The notes under the pieces are model-generated. The model made no database searches, was not told the origin of the DNA, and was given only the letters and a program-made list of their open reading frames with translations. A stretch of 64,000 nt of DNA from Phycisphaerae bacterium (GTDB taxonomy: Bacteria > Planctomycetota > Phycisphaerae > UBA1845): positions 320,001 through 384,000 of the forward strand of contig CAXXGO010000003.1 of assembly GCA_963666835.2 (NCBI GenBank). The letters run 5' to 3'. A program made the translations under genes and the position numbers. This document shows positions 29,901 through 39,455 of the stretch, in pieces (the stretch's first letter is position 1; every line of letters begins with the position of its first letter).

Positions 29901-31465
29901 AATTATGCGATACCTACCTGGACGGGCTCCCGCAACGACCTCAGGCAACATTGGATTGCATGAACGAGTTGGAGCGTCAGTATGGTGGCATGCCTCTTCC
30001 AGAACCTGGCGCGCGCGCCGGAGAACGAACTTTAAAAACAGAGCAAGCCCGGACCATCGCAGATTGGGTCGAAACCGCACGGCGCAGAATGCCACGTAAT
30101 CTCCCGGTGGCGACACCCTGGGGTCCGGCGCCGCCGCAGGTGGTTCTTACCGGGGCAGCCGATTGGACCCTGTCGACCGCCGCTATGGTTACCAAGCCTA
30201 GACTGGTACGTTTCGCCGACGGTGTCTCTGCCGCTATCGAGGACCGTTTTGTGTTCATGGAAGCTCGAGATCGCGTGCAGGCCATCGATGCCGACACCAA
30301 GTTGACATTGTGGGATGCGGAGCTTCGCCCTCCGGAGACGTTCTTCGAAACGCCGTCTGACGAGGGCGCACCAAGCGAGAGTGAGCGACGAGCCGTCGCC
30401 GACGGCGAGATCGCAGTGTTTCGCCGAAAGGAGGGACTGTATGCCGTCGGACTCATTACCGGTCGCAGGCTCTGGTTCAGGCCGCACTATTCGACGTACA
30501 CTCCGCCGGTTCCTTCAGGTCCGGACCTGACCGCGGCGGCGCATCACGGGCAGTTGGCCGCCATGCTGGGACCGGATCATCTGGCACTGTTGCGTCTGAC
30601 CGATGGATCGACAATCTGGGAGAGCAACCTCCGCGGTGAGCCCGTCAGTCACATTCGCTTCTCGGGCGATTATGTACTTGCGCTGGATGATAGCCTGGAA
30701 CGCGCGAGCGTGTTCGACCGGGCGAATGGCCGGCTCGTTCAACGTATCCGGTTCCGGCAAGCCGACCCGGAGGTGGCACCGGTGAGGGTCATTCACGCTG
30801 GAGGGATGTTGTGTGGTCCGCGCTGCAACGACAACGCCGATCGTGTGGCGGGGGTGGAAACGTCCACCGGCCGTACGGTTTGGGAGATTGCGCTCGAGAA
30901 GCCGCTGGTCCAGATCTTCCATCTGCAGGGCGAACTTGTGGGGATCGCCATGCTGGGAGGCGACGTTCGAATCGTTGAAGCCGCCACCGGAAACGTCGTA
31001 CTCGCCACCTCTGTCCGCGGGGCACGCATGGTAACGGACGCGATTTTGTTCGATGGGATCCTGGTTGCGCGACATATTCGACGGGTCGGGGCTGAGCGTC
31101 GGGTCGGTCTTGTCGCGATTGACATCGCTTCGGGAGATTCCCTCTGGCGGCGACGTGATCTCGTTTCCGATGTCGGCGTGAACGAGGCGCTCCGTCTTAT
31201 CGGCGGCGTGATCCCCGCATTAGTGGAGTATCGCGATTCCCTCCGCGCGCGGTATCCCGCCAAAGGGCTGGTAATGATAGATGCCCGGACCGGTGAGAAC
31301 GTGGGTCCGGGCGTGGAACTCATCGCAGCCGAAACGCGGGCCACGCTGACCGACGATGTCCACATCCGGCCGGGCGGGATTCTGGTCGGCACCAGTAACA
31401 CAATGTTCTCCCTGCCGATGAGATCGGCCGAGGAACCGATCATTCCCTCGGGAGAAGCTGAGTGA
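26978..31465 (+). CDS. Very large secreted PQQ-like beta-propeller/TPR protein (start uncertain)
   Basis: Signal-like segment ending ACAQ; repeated LxAxDxxxGxxxW blades interspersed with helical regions. Confidence 0.8.
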   Translation: MLRYSNDFASATACPTVEVAGRFAAQGRGCPWRTIASALIVLACSTACAQTEPDLSRVPVDGVNRALTVETVEAITIDVPAPIANLFAQAETGIERADWKLAVDCLQHVVDDPDQALIRRPDDGLPDAIVYESARSRALRMLAQLPPEGLETYRLLYDGNAKGKLTRALATGDVSGLRVVAERLLLTRHGDDAADQLASWALDAGRPAEVIQVLEPLRELVADGDVPEHLIVAKLATAYAMLGCASEAQAVLDDYLIRMRGVQAAPEWMKELRDHLPTQLLTGTTTVQTSAWPLPGGSPARRGLMAPVNPALVERLPWYHRASRARAPRWPRALDEDPAHPAELPSPQVVADGGRVYVRLPHSVRALSANDLSLVWQVPPAVESDGEYGHHHQFRPAGSNELPDASRDFFSDVVVTQGMVIALEGGDSLLGLADLAEQWLRRANAEPQILDRRTRLVALDARDGRKLWTAGRSADPEDPLGNVEFCAVPLAVEGNLWVPFCRNTALCVGVLKPKNGTLVREILLGSVGELIGMPRQAMRLTHAYGKVFVPSGRGVLFAVEADDFTLSWAARFANPPTDAAALAIADRSRWVPAPAVAVGGAIVVPPTECSELMAFSAVTGELRWTAEASRVSYIAAADDSFIWLGGRDISCLSVADGSCVWTTPLASTPTGRAAVAGDVVLVPTLAGLSFLDAAVGTVIRQQPLPGGAYPLGNLLSYDSALYSADASGVRRYPDLDAGFARACDRYEGDPNDPTAAAELVWLELFRGHPQRALDIAERIPPAAGTLTQGRVEALLAKADMEPASARDLLTRATEIARANTDRLRATVALTEHLASEGLYLEATRALWDVGLNADSKGLVPLGRYVRGSVHLAIARHLRAIEQRLTGSERRQIEDYVSEQIASAESVLGDSQGSRDAARRLRAIADLAASSTRQRALLSLARWRREQDRSEQAEQLLLEATRIHADPELSARARLELCDTYLDGLPQRPQATLDCMNELERQYGGMPLPEPGARAGERTLKTEQARTIADWVETARRRMPRNLPVATPWGPAPPQVVLTGAADWTLSTAAMVTKPRLVRFADGVSAAIEDRFVFMEARDRVQAIDADTKLTLWDAELRPPETFFETPSDEGAPSESERRAVADGEIAVFRRKEGLYAVGLITGRRLWFRPHYSTYTPPVPSGPDLTAAAHHGQLAAMLGPDHLALLRLTDGSTIWESNLRGEPVSHIRFSGDYVLALDDSLERASVFDRANGRLVQRIRFRQADPEVAPVRVIHAGGMLCGPRCNDNADRVAGVETSTGRTVWEIALEKPLVQIFHLQGELVGIAMLGGDVRIVEAATGNVVLATSVRGARMVTDAILFDGILVARHIRRVGAERRVGLVAIDIASGDSLWRRRDLVSDVGVNEALRLIGGVIPALVEYRDSLRARYPAKGLVMIDARTGENVGPGVELIAAETRATLTDDVHIRPGGILVGTSNTMFSLPMRSAEEPIIPSGEAE

Positions 31466-32529
31466 CAATCATTCTCCGAGCGTTGATTACGATAATGAGT
31501 CTGCTCGGGATCGTCCCGGCGACGGCAATCGGGGCGGATCCACCAACAGCTCCCCCACCACCGGTACGACGCCCATCCGGAATCACTTCAGAAACGGAGC
31601 AGGCCATCAATCGAGGACTGGCCTATCTGGTTCGCAGGCAGGATCATCAGGGGTCCTGGGCTAACCGGGACGGTCACGGCGAGTACACGGTGGCAATGAC
31701 CGCCTTAGCCGGACTGGCCCTGGTTATGGACGGCAACACGACCACCCAGGGACGATACGCACCACAGGTCGACCGAGCCACGAAGTTCCTGCTCGATTCC
31801 GCCGGCTCGAACGGCTTGATCAGTAGAGGGAAGTACGATTCCCGGCCCATGTACGGGCACGGCTTTGCGATGCTCTTCTTCGGGCAAGTATACGGGATGA
31901 CCGAAGACGCCGCCCGCGCTCGGGAAATCCACCACGCCCTGTCAGGAGGCGTGAACCTGATCGCTCGGGCGCAAAGTCGATTGGGAGGATGGTACTATAC
32001 TTCGGATTCGGGGAACGACGAGGGTTCCGTGACGGTGACCCAGATCCAAGCGTTGCGTTCGTGCCGAAATGCCGGGGTGGCCGTGCCCAAGACCGTCATC
32101 GATACGGCGATGGACTACCTGGCGCAGTCGCAGAACGAGGACGGAGGGATACGTTACATGGTTTCGCAACGTAGCGGGGCATCCCGACCGGCAATCACGG
32201 CGGCAGCGGTGTGCTGTTGGTATAACGCCGGACAATACGATACGCCCCGCAGCCGCCGGGCCCTGGACTTCTGTAAGGACCGGATCCCTCTCCGGACTGC
32301 TCTGGGCAATTATGATTACTATGCGCATCTCTATTTGGCCCAGGCACTTTTCATCGGCGCAGATCCGGACTGGGACGGCTACTACGCACAGCGACGGGAT
32401 TTTCTGCTCGGCGAACAGCAAGCGGACGGGTCGTGGTGGGGTGACGGGGTGGGCGACGTATACGGTACTGCCACGGCACTCATTATTCTGCAAATACCGT
32501 ATAATCGGCTGCCGATCATGCAGCGTTAG
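31462..32529 (+). CDS. Secreted prenyltransferase/squalene-cyclase-repeat (alpha/alpha barrel) protein
   Basis: QW-like repeats QDHQGSW, QSRLGGW, QNEDGGI, QQADGSW; MYGHGFA. Confidence 0.85.
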   Translation: MTIILRALITIMSLLGIVPATAIGADPPTAPPPPVRRPSGITSETEQAINRGLAYLVRRQDHQGSWANRDGHGEYTVAMTALAGLALVMDGNTTTQGRYAPQVDRATKFLLDSAGSNGLISRGKYDSRPMYGHGFAMLFFGQVYGMTEDAARAREIHHALSGGVNLIARAQSRLGGWYYTSDSGNDEGSVTVTQIQALRSCRNAGVAVPKTVIDTAMDYLAQSQNEDGGIRYMVSQRSGASRPAITAAAVCCWYNAGQYDTPRSRRALDFCKDRIPLRTALGNYDYYAHLYLAQALFIGADPDWDGYYAQRRDFLLGEQQADGSWWGDGVGDVYGTATALIILQIPYNRLPIMQR

Positions 32530-32572
32530 GAAGTAGCAAACTGGCGACAGTGAGGATGGCACGGAGCACACG

Positions 32573-33658
32573 ATGTCGAAGAGGAAGAACAAGATGACGC
32601 CCGGTACCGGCGAGCCCGCAGCCGACGTCGACGCGGCGGCAATAGAACGGGTTTGCGAGGCGCGCGCGAGCATCGCCCGCGAACTTGGCAAGATCATCGT
32701 CGGGCAGGAGGGGGTGATCGACCAGCTCCTTATCGCCCTGGTGGCGAACGGGCACTGCATCCTCGAGGGCGTCCCCGGTTTGGCGAAGACACTGATGATA
32801 TCTAGTCTGGCCCGGTGTCTGGCGCTGTCGTTCAACCGAATCCAGTTCACCCCCGACCTTATGCCCTCCGACATTACCGGGACGGAGGTAATCGAGGAGG
32901 ATCGGTCCAGCGGTGGGCGGTCGTTTAAGTTCCTTCCGGGGCCGGTCTTTGCCAACGTAGTGCTGGCGGACGAAATCAACCGCACGCCGCCCAAGACCCA
33001 AGCCGCTTTATTGGAGGCAATGCAGGAGCGACATGTGACCATCGGCGGCGAACGTCACGACTTGTCGCCGCCCTTCTTCGTGCTGGCTACCCAGAACCCG
33101 ATCGAGCAAGAGGGTACATACCCACTGCCCGAGGCTCAACAAGATCGTTTCCTCTTTAAGGTCTTTATCCGGTATCCCTCCTATGAAGAGGAATACGCGG
33201 TAGCCGAGCGAACCACGGCCTCACTTGATCCCGAGGTCAGCCGGGTGGTCACGGGTGAGGACGTGCTCGAGTTCCAGAGGGTCGTTCGTGCGGTACCGGT
33301 GGCCCCCGACGTGATCCGATTTGCTCTCGATTTGGTTCGGGCAACCCGACCGGTGGAACCGACCAGCCCCGAGTTCGTCAAGGAGATGGTAACCTGGGGC
33401 GCCGGGCCACGCGCCGTACAGGCCCTGATTGTTGGCGGCAAGGCCCGCGCGGCGCTGGCCGGGCGTCATCACGTTGCCCCTCAGGACATTCAGGAACTCG
33501 CCCGCCCCGTGCTTCGGCACCGGATTGTCACAAACTTCTCTGCAGAGGCGCAAGGGTTCACTCCGGATCGGATTATCGAGGATCTGCTCTCGCAAACTGA
33601 TCCGCATCGAACAGTATTGGATGACGATGAGCACACGCGCAAAGTACTTTCTTCCTGA
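32573..33658 (+). CDS. MoxR-family AAA+ ATPase
   Basis: [48 protein letters not shown]. Confidence 0.95.
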   Translation: MSKRKNKMTPGTGEPAADVDAAAIERVCEARASIARELGKIIVGQEGVIDQLLIALVANGHCILEGVPGLAKTLMISSLARCLALSFNRIQFTPDLMPSDITGTEVIEEDRSSGGRSFKFLPGPVFANVVLADEINRTPPKTQAALLEAMQERHVTIGGERHDLSPPFFVLATQNPIEQEGTYPLPEAQQDRFLFKVFIRYPSYEEEYAVAERTTASLDPEVSRVVTGEDVLEFQRVVRAVPVAPDVIRFALDLVRATRPVEPTSPEFVKEMVTWGAGPRAVQALIVGGKARAALAGRHHVAPQDIQELARPVLRHRIVTNFSAEAQGFTPDRIIEDLLSQTDPHRTVLDDDEHTRKVLSS

Positions 33659-34544
33659 AGTTCTTACCCGGATCTCGCCGTTGGAGCTGCGCGCCCGGCG
33701 CGTGGTGGAGGGCTTTGTCAGCGGGATGCACCGGAGCCCGTTCAATGGTCGGAGCATCGAATTTGCCGGCTATCGACCGTACGTTCCGGGCGACGACATC
33801 CGGCACATCGATTGGCGCGTCTTCGGGAAAGCAGATCGGTACTTCATTAAGGAGTACGAAGAGGAAACGAATATGCGGGTCCAGTTGCTGCTGGATTGCA
33901 GCGGCTCGATGGCCTATCCGCAGCGGCCGGCTCCCGACCGCCTGTCCAAATGGAACTATGCGGCGACCCTGGCGGTGTCTTTTGCCCACCTGCTGATTCG
34001 CCAACAAGATGCCGTCGGGTTGACCCTGTTTGATCACCAGGTGCGCCGCCGGTTGCCCGCCTCGTCAAATACGGCGGCGTTGGCAGCGATGACTGCGGCT
34101 ATAGAGGAGGCGAACCCGCAAGACGAAACGGGAATGGCGTCCTTTTTCGGCGAACTGCCAGCGCATTTGCCACGGCGAGGTATGGTGGTGATCTTGTCTG
34201 ATCTGCTCGCAGAGGTGGGCGAGTTCATCCAGGGACTTCAACGTTTGCGTTTCGATGGGCACGACGTATTGGTTATGCAGATTCTGGACCGAGATGAGCT
34301 CACCTTCCCGTTCACCCGGCGGACCCAGTTCGAGGGGCTGGAGGGCACGCTGCCCGCAACGACGATCGATCCGCAATCACTTAAGCGCAGCTACCTCGAT
34401 GCGGTGAGCTCGTTCACAACGCAGATCCGGTCGGCATGCCTGGATCATAAGGTGGATTACGCCCTGGTCAGTACCGCCGACCCGTTGGACGTGGCCCTGT
34501 CCGCGTTTTTGGCAACTCGCATGCATCGTCAACGAGCGGAGTAG
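33627..34544 (+). CDS. DUF58 (vWA-like) protein
   Basis: [29 protein letters not shown]. Confidence 0.92.
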   Translation: MSTRAKYFLPEVLTRISPLELRARRVVEGFVSGMHRSPFNGRSIEFAGYRPYVPGDDIRHIDWRVFGKADRYFIKEYEEETNMRVQLLLDCSGSMAYPQRPAPDRLSKWNYAATLAVSFAHLLIRQQDAVGLTLFDHQVRRRLPASSNTAALAAMTAAIEEANPQDETGMASFFGELPAHLPRRGMVVILSDLLAEVGEFIQGLQRLRFDGHDVLVMQILDRDELTFPFTRRTQFEGLEGTLPATTIDPQSLKRSYLDAVSSFTTQIRSACLDHKVDYALVSTADPLDVALSAFLATRMHRQRAE

Positions 34545-34634
34545 GACGAGTGAGTAAGCGCGAAGGAGCGTGTTCCATAATGCCGTTGCAGCGATGCAGA
34601 CGTAGCTTGTAGCACTGCGAACCGAGACGAAACC

Positions 34635-36911
34635 TTGGCTGAGTTGCCTCCTCTATTCCTTGCGGCATTCGTTTCTCCCGGATACCTCTACGCCGGAATA
34701 GCGGCGACCGGTATACCGATTCTCATTCACCTGCTGGCCAGGCGCCGGTTTACGCGGGTCCGGTGGGCGGCGATGGAGTTCTTGATCGTCGCCCGGCAGC
34801 GCAACCGCCGTCGGATTCAGATGGAGGAGTGGATCCTGCTCGCTTTGCGCTGCCTGGCCGTTCTTGCTATTGGCTCGGCTCTGGCTCGCCCGTTTCTGAG
34901 CCCAACCGGTCTGCTGTCGGCCGTGGGTTCACCCGTTCGGACCGAGCACGTGTTGGTCATCGATGATTCTTTCAGCATGGGATACAAGTCCGATGGCTCG
35001 ACCTCATTCAACCGGGCCCAGGAAGCGGCAAGGCGGCTGCTGGTCGCGATCCGGACGCAATCGCCCGGCGACACGGTCACCCTGCTGCGAATGTCCGCCG
35101 CCGACCAGCCAATCGACGCCGGCGCCTTCCTCGACGATGCCCGAGTCGAAGCCGTTCTGGCCCACATTGACGAACTTCCTATTACTCACGGGACGATAAC
35201 GCCGGCGGCGGTATTGCAGGGAGTCGCCCAGACCCTTGCAACCGCGCCCGAGGTTCTAAACGCGGCGGTCTATCTGTTCAGTGACTTCCAGCAACGGGAC
35301 TGGGCCGGGCCGAACGTGGTTGAGTCAACGCGCGGGGCAGAGTCCGGGATCTTCGCGCCGCTCAGCAGGTGGGCCGGCCGGGACCGCCAAGTGCGAGTCG
35401 TTCTTGCGAACACCGGTGATCCCGATGCCACCAACACCGCGGTTACCCGGCTTCAACTGAGGGGAGGGCGACTGGTAGCGGGAACCGAGGCAGTTCTACA
35501 AGCTGACCTTGTAAACTGGGGCGCCCGTCCCGCTACGAACGTCGAAGGCCGGGTTGAGCTCGGGGGTTCGGACGGCGGGGTTAGGAACGTCGATCGGATC
35601 GAGGCCAGGCAGAAGACGTCTGTTGAGTTCTCGATTAAACCCGACAATGTCGGAGTCGGAGCCTTGCGCGTCGAGTTGGCTCCGGACGGGTTGCCGATCG
35701 ATGATGTCCGGTATCTTGCCGTTGACGTAGCGGCGGCCTGTCGGGCCCTGGTGGTGAACGGCGAGCCCTCGCCCGATCCGTTCGACGATGAAGTCCTCTT
35801 CTTAACCACGGCGTTGAGGCCCCGCGGTGAGATCTTCAGCGGAATCGAGCCGGTCGTTATCGACGAGGCTGAACTGGCTGATGCCGACCTAGGCGAATAC
35901 CACGCCGTGATCCTGGCAAACGTCTATCGCCTCAGTGAATCGGCAGTCGACGCCCTCGAATGTTTCGCCGACAAGGGCGGCGGAGTCGTTTTCTTTGTCG
36001 GAGATCAGGTGGACCCGGGACTGTACAATGCTTCGCTCTACCGCAACGGGGCCGGTCTGCTACCGGTTGCACTCGACGGGGTGGTGCGCGTTACCGAATC
36101 CGCCCATCTGGTCGCAACCGAATCGCGCCACCCGATCACACGCAACCTGCTGGTTGAAGGCGACCCTCTGGGCATCGACCGGGTGGCGTTTACGACGCTT
36201 ATGGGCTGCACTCTTCCGCAAAGCGTCGCCGCGCCGGATGAAGCGGACACAGGAAACGGCTCGGTGCGAGTCGCCACCGCATTCGACGACGAAACGGGAC
36301 GGCCCGCAATTGTCGAACGCGCTTTCGGCAACGGGCGGGTCGTTCTGGTCCTGACCAGCGCCGACAAGGAGTGGAACAACTGGCCGGACCATCCGACTTA
36401 TCTCCCGTTTATTATGGAACTTCTTCGATATGCCGCGTCCGGCAATGACCAAGCCCCGGACCAATTAGTGGGGGCTCCGATTCGATTGCCGATAGACCCC
36501 GTCCTGTTCGACCCTGAGGTTCTGATCAGAACGCCACTCTTCCCGGCGGAGCCCGAAACGCGCTTGACCGCGAAGGTCGCCGAGGACGGGCATGGATTGT
36601 CCTTGGTTTGGGAGGACACGAACACGCCGGGGGTCTATCAGTTTGAGCTCAGACGTCGGGGCGGACCGGAGGAGATTCGTATGGTCGCCGTCAATGTCGA
36701 CTCGCGGGAGAGTGATCTTGCCATGGCCTCTGAGGCTAAGCTGCGCCGCGCCGCGGGTGATTTCCCCATCGAGTACGTCGAAGACGCCGCTGCCGCGGCA
36801 ATGACGGATTCCATGCACCGCCATGAACAGTGGATGATGTTCTTGGTCGCAGCGATCGTCATCCTGATGACCGAACACGGATTGGCCTGGTGTTGGGGAG
36901 GGCGGTCGTGA
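34635..36911 (+). CDS. BatA-domain/vWA membrane protein
   Basis: PILIHLL.RRR...V.WAAM.FL, LARP, IDDSFSM MIDAS motif, C-terminal TM helix. Confidence 0.88.
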   Translation: MAELPPLFLAAFVSPGYLYAGIAATGIPILIHLLARRRFTRVRWAAMEFLIVARQRNRRRIQMEEWILLALRCLAVLAIGSALARPFLSPTGLLSAVGSPVRTEHVLVIDDSFSMGYKSDGSTSFNRAQEAARRLLVAIRTQSPGDTVTLLRMSAADQPIDAGAFLDDARVEAVLAHIDELPITHGTITPAAVLQGVAQTLATAPEVLNAAVYLFSDFQQRDWAGPNVVESTRGAESGIFAPLSRWAGRDRQVRVVLANTGDPDATNTAVTRLQLRGGRLVAGTEAVLQADLVNWGARPATNVEGRVELGGSDGGVRNVDRIEARQKTSVEFSIKPDNVGVGALRVELAPDGLPIDDVRYLAVDVAAACRALVVNGEPSPDPFDDEVLFLTTALRPRGEIFSGIEPVVIDEAELADADLGEYHAVILANVYRLSESAVDALECFADKGGGVVFFVGDQVDPGLYNASLYRNGAGLLPVALDGVVRVTESAHLVATESRHPITRNLLVEGDPLGIDRVAFTTLMGCTLPQSVAAPDEADTGNGSVRVATAFDDETGRPAIVERAFGNGRVVLVLTSADKEWNNWPDHPTYLPFIMELLRYAASGNDQAPDQLVGAPIRLPIDPVLFDPEVLIRTPLFPAEPETRLTAKVAEDGHGLSLVWEDTNTPGVYQFELRRRGGPEEIRMVAVNVDSRESDLAMASEAKLRRAAGDFPIEYVEDAAAAAMTDSMHRHEQWMMFLVAAIVILMTEHGLAWCWGGRS

Positions 36912-36952
36912 ACCCTGGAGTCATATCAACCAACTGAACCCGACACCGGAAC

Positions 36953-39433
36953 ATGGATACGCGTCTCCTGACAGTCTGGCATACCTTCATCGGTTCCGTA
37001 GTTCAGAACCGCAAGGAATACGTGACGGAATTCGGCAACCTCCCTGAAGGATGGTCTGCGCTTTTCGCAGTGCTTATCGGTGTCGCTCTTCTGGCAAGCG
37101 CGGTTCACATGTACCTTCGCGAAGGCCGTTCGGGGATATCGCTCCGCAAACGCATCCTGCCGGCCGCTCTGCGTTGTTGTGCTCTCACTATCCTGATGTT
37201 CATCCTCCTGGACCCGGCGCGCGTGCGGATCCTCCGCCACCGAGTTGACTCATACACGGTGCTTCTGGTCGACAACTCGCCGAGCATGGACTTGAACGAC
37301 ACCTACCGCGCTCCGGCGGACGCCGCTCGGATCAGGTCGGCATTCGAGGGTGAACTCGAACCGCCTTTGCGCCGCAGTGATATTGTCCATCGCCTGTTGA
37401 ATAGGGACAACCGGGCGTTTTTGGCAGGATTAGCCCGGAACAACCACGTGCGTCTTCTGACCTTCAATGATGAAGTTGAGCATCGTGGGGAAGTTGCCGC
37501 CGCGGTGGAGGATCCCGCGGATCGGAACGAAGCGGTTTCCGGCGCCGCGCTATCTTCGTCTGTACAAGACGCCGAAACCCGATTCGACATGAGCGGGTCC
37601 GCTACCAATATCGACTTGGGGATCCGCCGGGCTATCGAGGTTGTCGGCGGGGCTCCGCTGGCCGGGATTGTCGTACTGAGTGACGGCGGCTTCAATGACG
37701 GGGCCCCGGTTGAAGAGGCGGCCCGGCGGGCGCGCGACCGGGGTGTTCCGATCCACGTTGTCGGCATTGGCGATCCAACCGCGCCGCGGAACATCCGGGT
37801 GACCGACATAATCGCCCCGGATACCACCTTAACCCGCGACCCCTTCGCCATAACCGCCCGGATAACAGCCCATGGTTTTGAGGGGCAGTCTCTGCGCGTC
37901 CGGCTTCACCAGAAGGCGCCCGACGACTCGCACAGCCGGTTCGTTGCCGATCAGGAGGTTACCGTTCAGCCCGACGGCTCCATAGACCCGGTCACTTTTC
38001 AAAGGAGCCAAGAGCAGGCCGCGCCCCTTCTGTTTAGTGTGGAGGTGCCGGTCCGGGAATCCGAAGCGATCACGTCGGACAACCGTAAGCAGGCCACCGT
38101 TAACGTCGTTGACTCGCGAACTCGAGTGCTGGTAGTCGCCGGTGGTCCGAGCTGGGACTACCGTTTCGTCACTCGACTTCTGGAGCGCGACGCCGGTGTG
38201 GACGTTACGTGTTGGCTGCAATCAGCCGATCGAGACGCCGTTCGCGATGGGAATGTCGTGGTGGATCACCTGCCGCAAGCACCCGAAGAGCTGCTCGAGT
38301 TTGATGTCATTATTCTGATGGACGCCGACCCGACGAACCTCACGGAGTTCTGGTGTGAATCGGTGCATTCACTGGTTACCCAGCACGGCGGCGGATTACT
38401 CATGACCGCCGCGCGCCCGCACACCTCGGAGCTTGTCCGGGCTCCGGTGTTCGAGCCGTTGCGCGGCATCTTGCCGGTGGTTCTGGACCCCCAAGCGGAC
38501 CTGATTCAGAGTCGAATAGGGCATTATCAGCTCTCTCCGTCTCCCATCGAAGTCCCGACCTCGGCGCTGAGCCATCCGATCATGCGTCTGGCGGACGATC
38601 CCGCCGCCAACCGGCAAACGTGGAACGACTTCGGCGAGGTCTACTGGCACTACCCCGCCCTGCGTGGGAAACCGGCGGCCACCGTCCTTATGCGTCACGG
38701 AAGCCCCCGCATGCGCGGCCCGGACGGCGGACATGTTCTGGCCGCCGTGCAGTATGTCGGGTCCGGTCGCGCCGGATTCCTGGCATTCGATGGAACGTGG
38801 CGTTGGCGACAGTATGCAGAAGACAAATACAACAGGTTCTGGGTGCAGCTTGTACGCCATCTTGCGGAAGGCAGACTCCTGGGACAGGCGCGGGGCGGCG
38901 TAGTGTTGACCGATCGTGATCGATACGCACCGGGTGATACGGTTAACGTATCCGCCCGTCTGCTGAACAAACAGTACGAACCGTTGGCAGCCGACCGAGT
39001 CCGCGCGATTGCGTCTATGGAGGGTGAAGATCGCGAGTTCTCCCTGGAGGCTCGCTCCGCTGAGCCCGGGTGGTTCGAGGGCAGCTTCACGGCGGATCGC
39101 GTGGGGACGTTTCGTGTGGAAGTGCGAACCGCCGCCGCGGATGACCAACCGGCGATTGCGTGCGATGTAGTGGTTTCACGGCCGAATCTCGAGATGTTGC
39201 GTCCCCAAATGAACCGATCCGCCCTTTCCGTCCTGGCCGAGCAATCCGCGGGTGGGCGGTACTTCGACGTGGACGAAGCACGCGAACTCCCCGCCGCAAT
39301 CCCGGATTTGCACGAAGAAGTCTCGGTCCGATCGGACGTGGACCCGCTCTGGGACAGTTGGACGGTACTGGGAGTCCTCTTCGCGCTGCTCTGCGCGGAG
39401 TGGGGCATACGAAAGTGGAGTAACCTGCTATGA
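36953..39433 (+). CDS. vWA plus glutamine-amidotransferase-like domain membrane protein
   Basis: Two N-terminal TMs, VDNSPSM, LSDG, PSWDYRF, TWRWR, EWGIRK C-terminus. Confidence 0.85.
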   Translation: MDTRLLTVWHTFIGSVVQNRKEYVTEFGNLPEGWSALFAVLIGVALLASAVHMYLREGRSGISLRKRILPAALRCCALTILMFILLDPARVRILRHRVDSYTVLLVDNSPSMDLNDTYRAPADAARIRSAFEGELEPPLRRSDIVHRLLNRDNRAFLAGLARNNHVRLLTFNDEVEHRGEVAAAVEDPADRNEAVSGAALSSSVQDAETRFDMSGSATNIDLGIRRAIEVVGGAPLAGIVVLSDGGFNDGAPVEEAARRARDRGVPIHVVGIGDPTAPRNIRVTDIIAPDTTLTRDPFAITARITAHGFEGQSLRVRLHQKAPDDSHSRFVADQEVTVQPDGSIDPVTFQRSQEQAAPLLFSVEVPVRESEAITSDNRKQATVNVVDSRTRVLVVAGGPSWDYRFVTRLLERDAGVDVTCWLQSADRDAVRDGNVVVDHLPQAPEELLEFDVIILMDADPTNLTEFWCESVHSLVTQHGGGLLMTAARPHTSELVRAPVFEPLRGILPVVLDPQADLIQSRIGHYQLSPSPIEVPTSALSHPIMRLADDPAANRQTWNDFGEVYWHYPALRGKPAATVLMRHGSPRMRGPDGGHVLAAVQYVGSGRAGFLAFDGTWRWRQYAEDKYNRFWVQLVRHLAEGRLLGQARGGVVLTDRDRYAPGDTVNVSARLLNKQYEPLAADRVRAIASMEGEDREFSLEARSAEPGWFEGSFTADRVGTFRVEVRTAAADDQPAIACDVVVSRPNLEMLRPQMNRSALSVLAEQSAGGRYFDVDEARELPAAIPDLHEEVSVRSDVDPLWDSWTVLGVLFALLCAEWGIRKWSNLL

Positions 39434-39455
39434 AAGCACTGGACCGGGTTGAGGA

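Noticed and set aside
36908..36952. In-frame GTG...TGA upstream of the vWA gene as another possible Sec readthrough
   Set aside because: No Cys/redox context or evident SECIS hairpin, and a plausible ATG lies at 36953.
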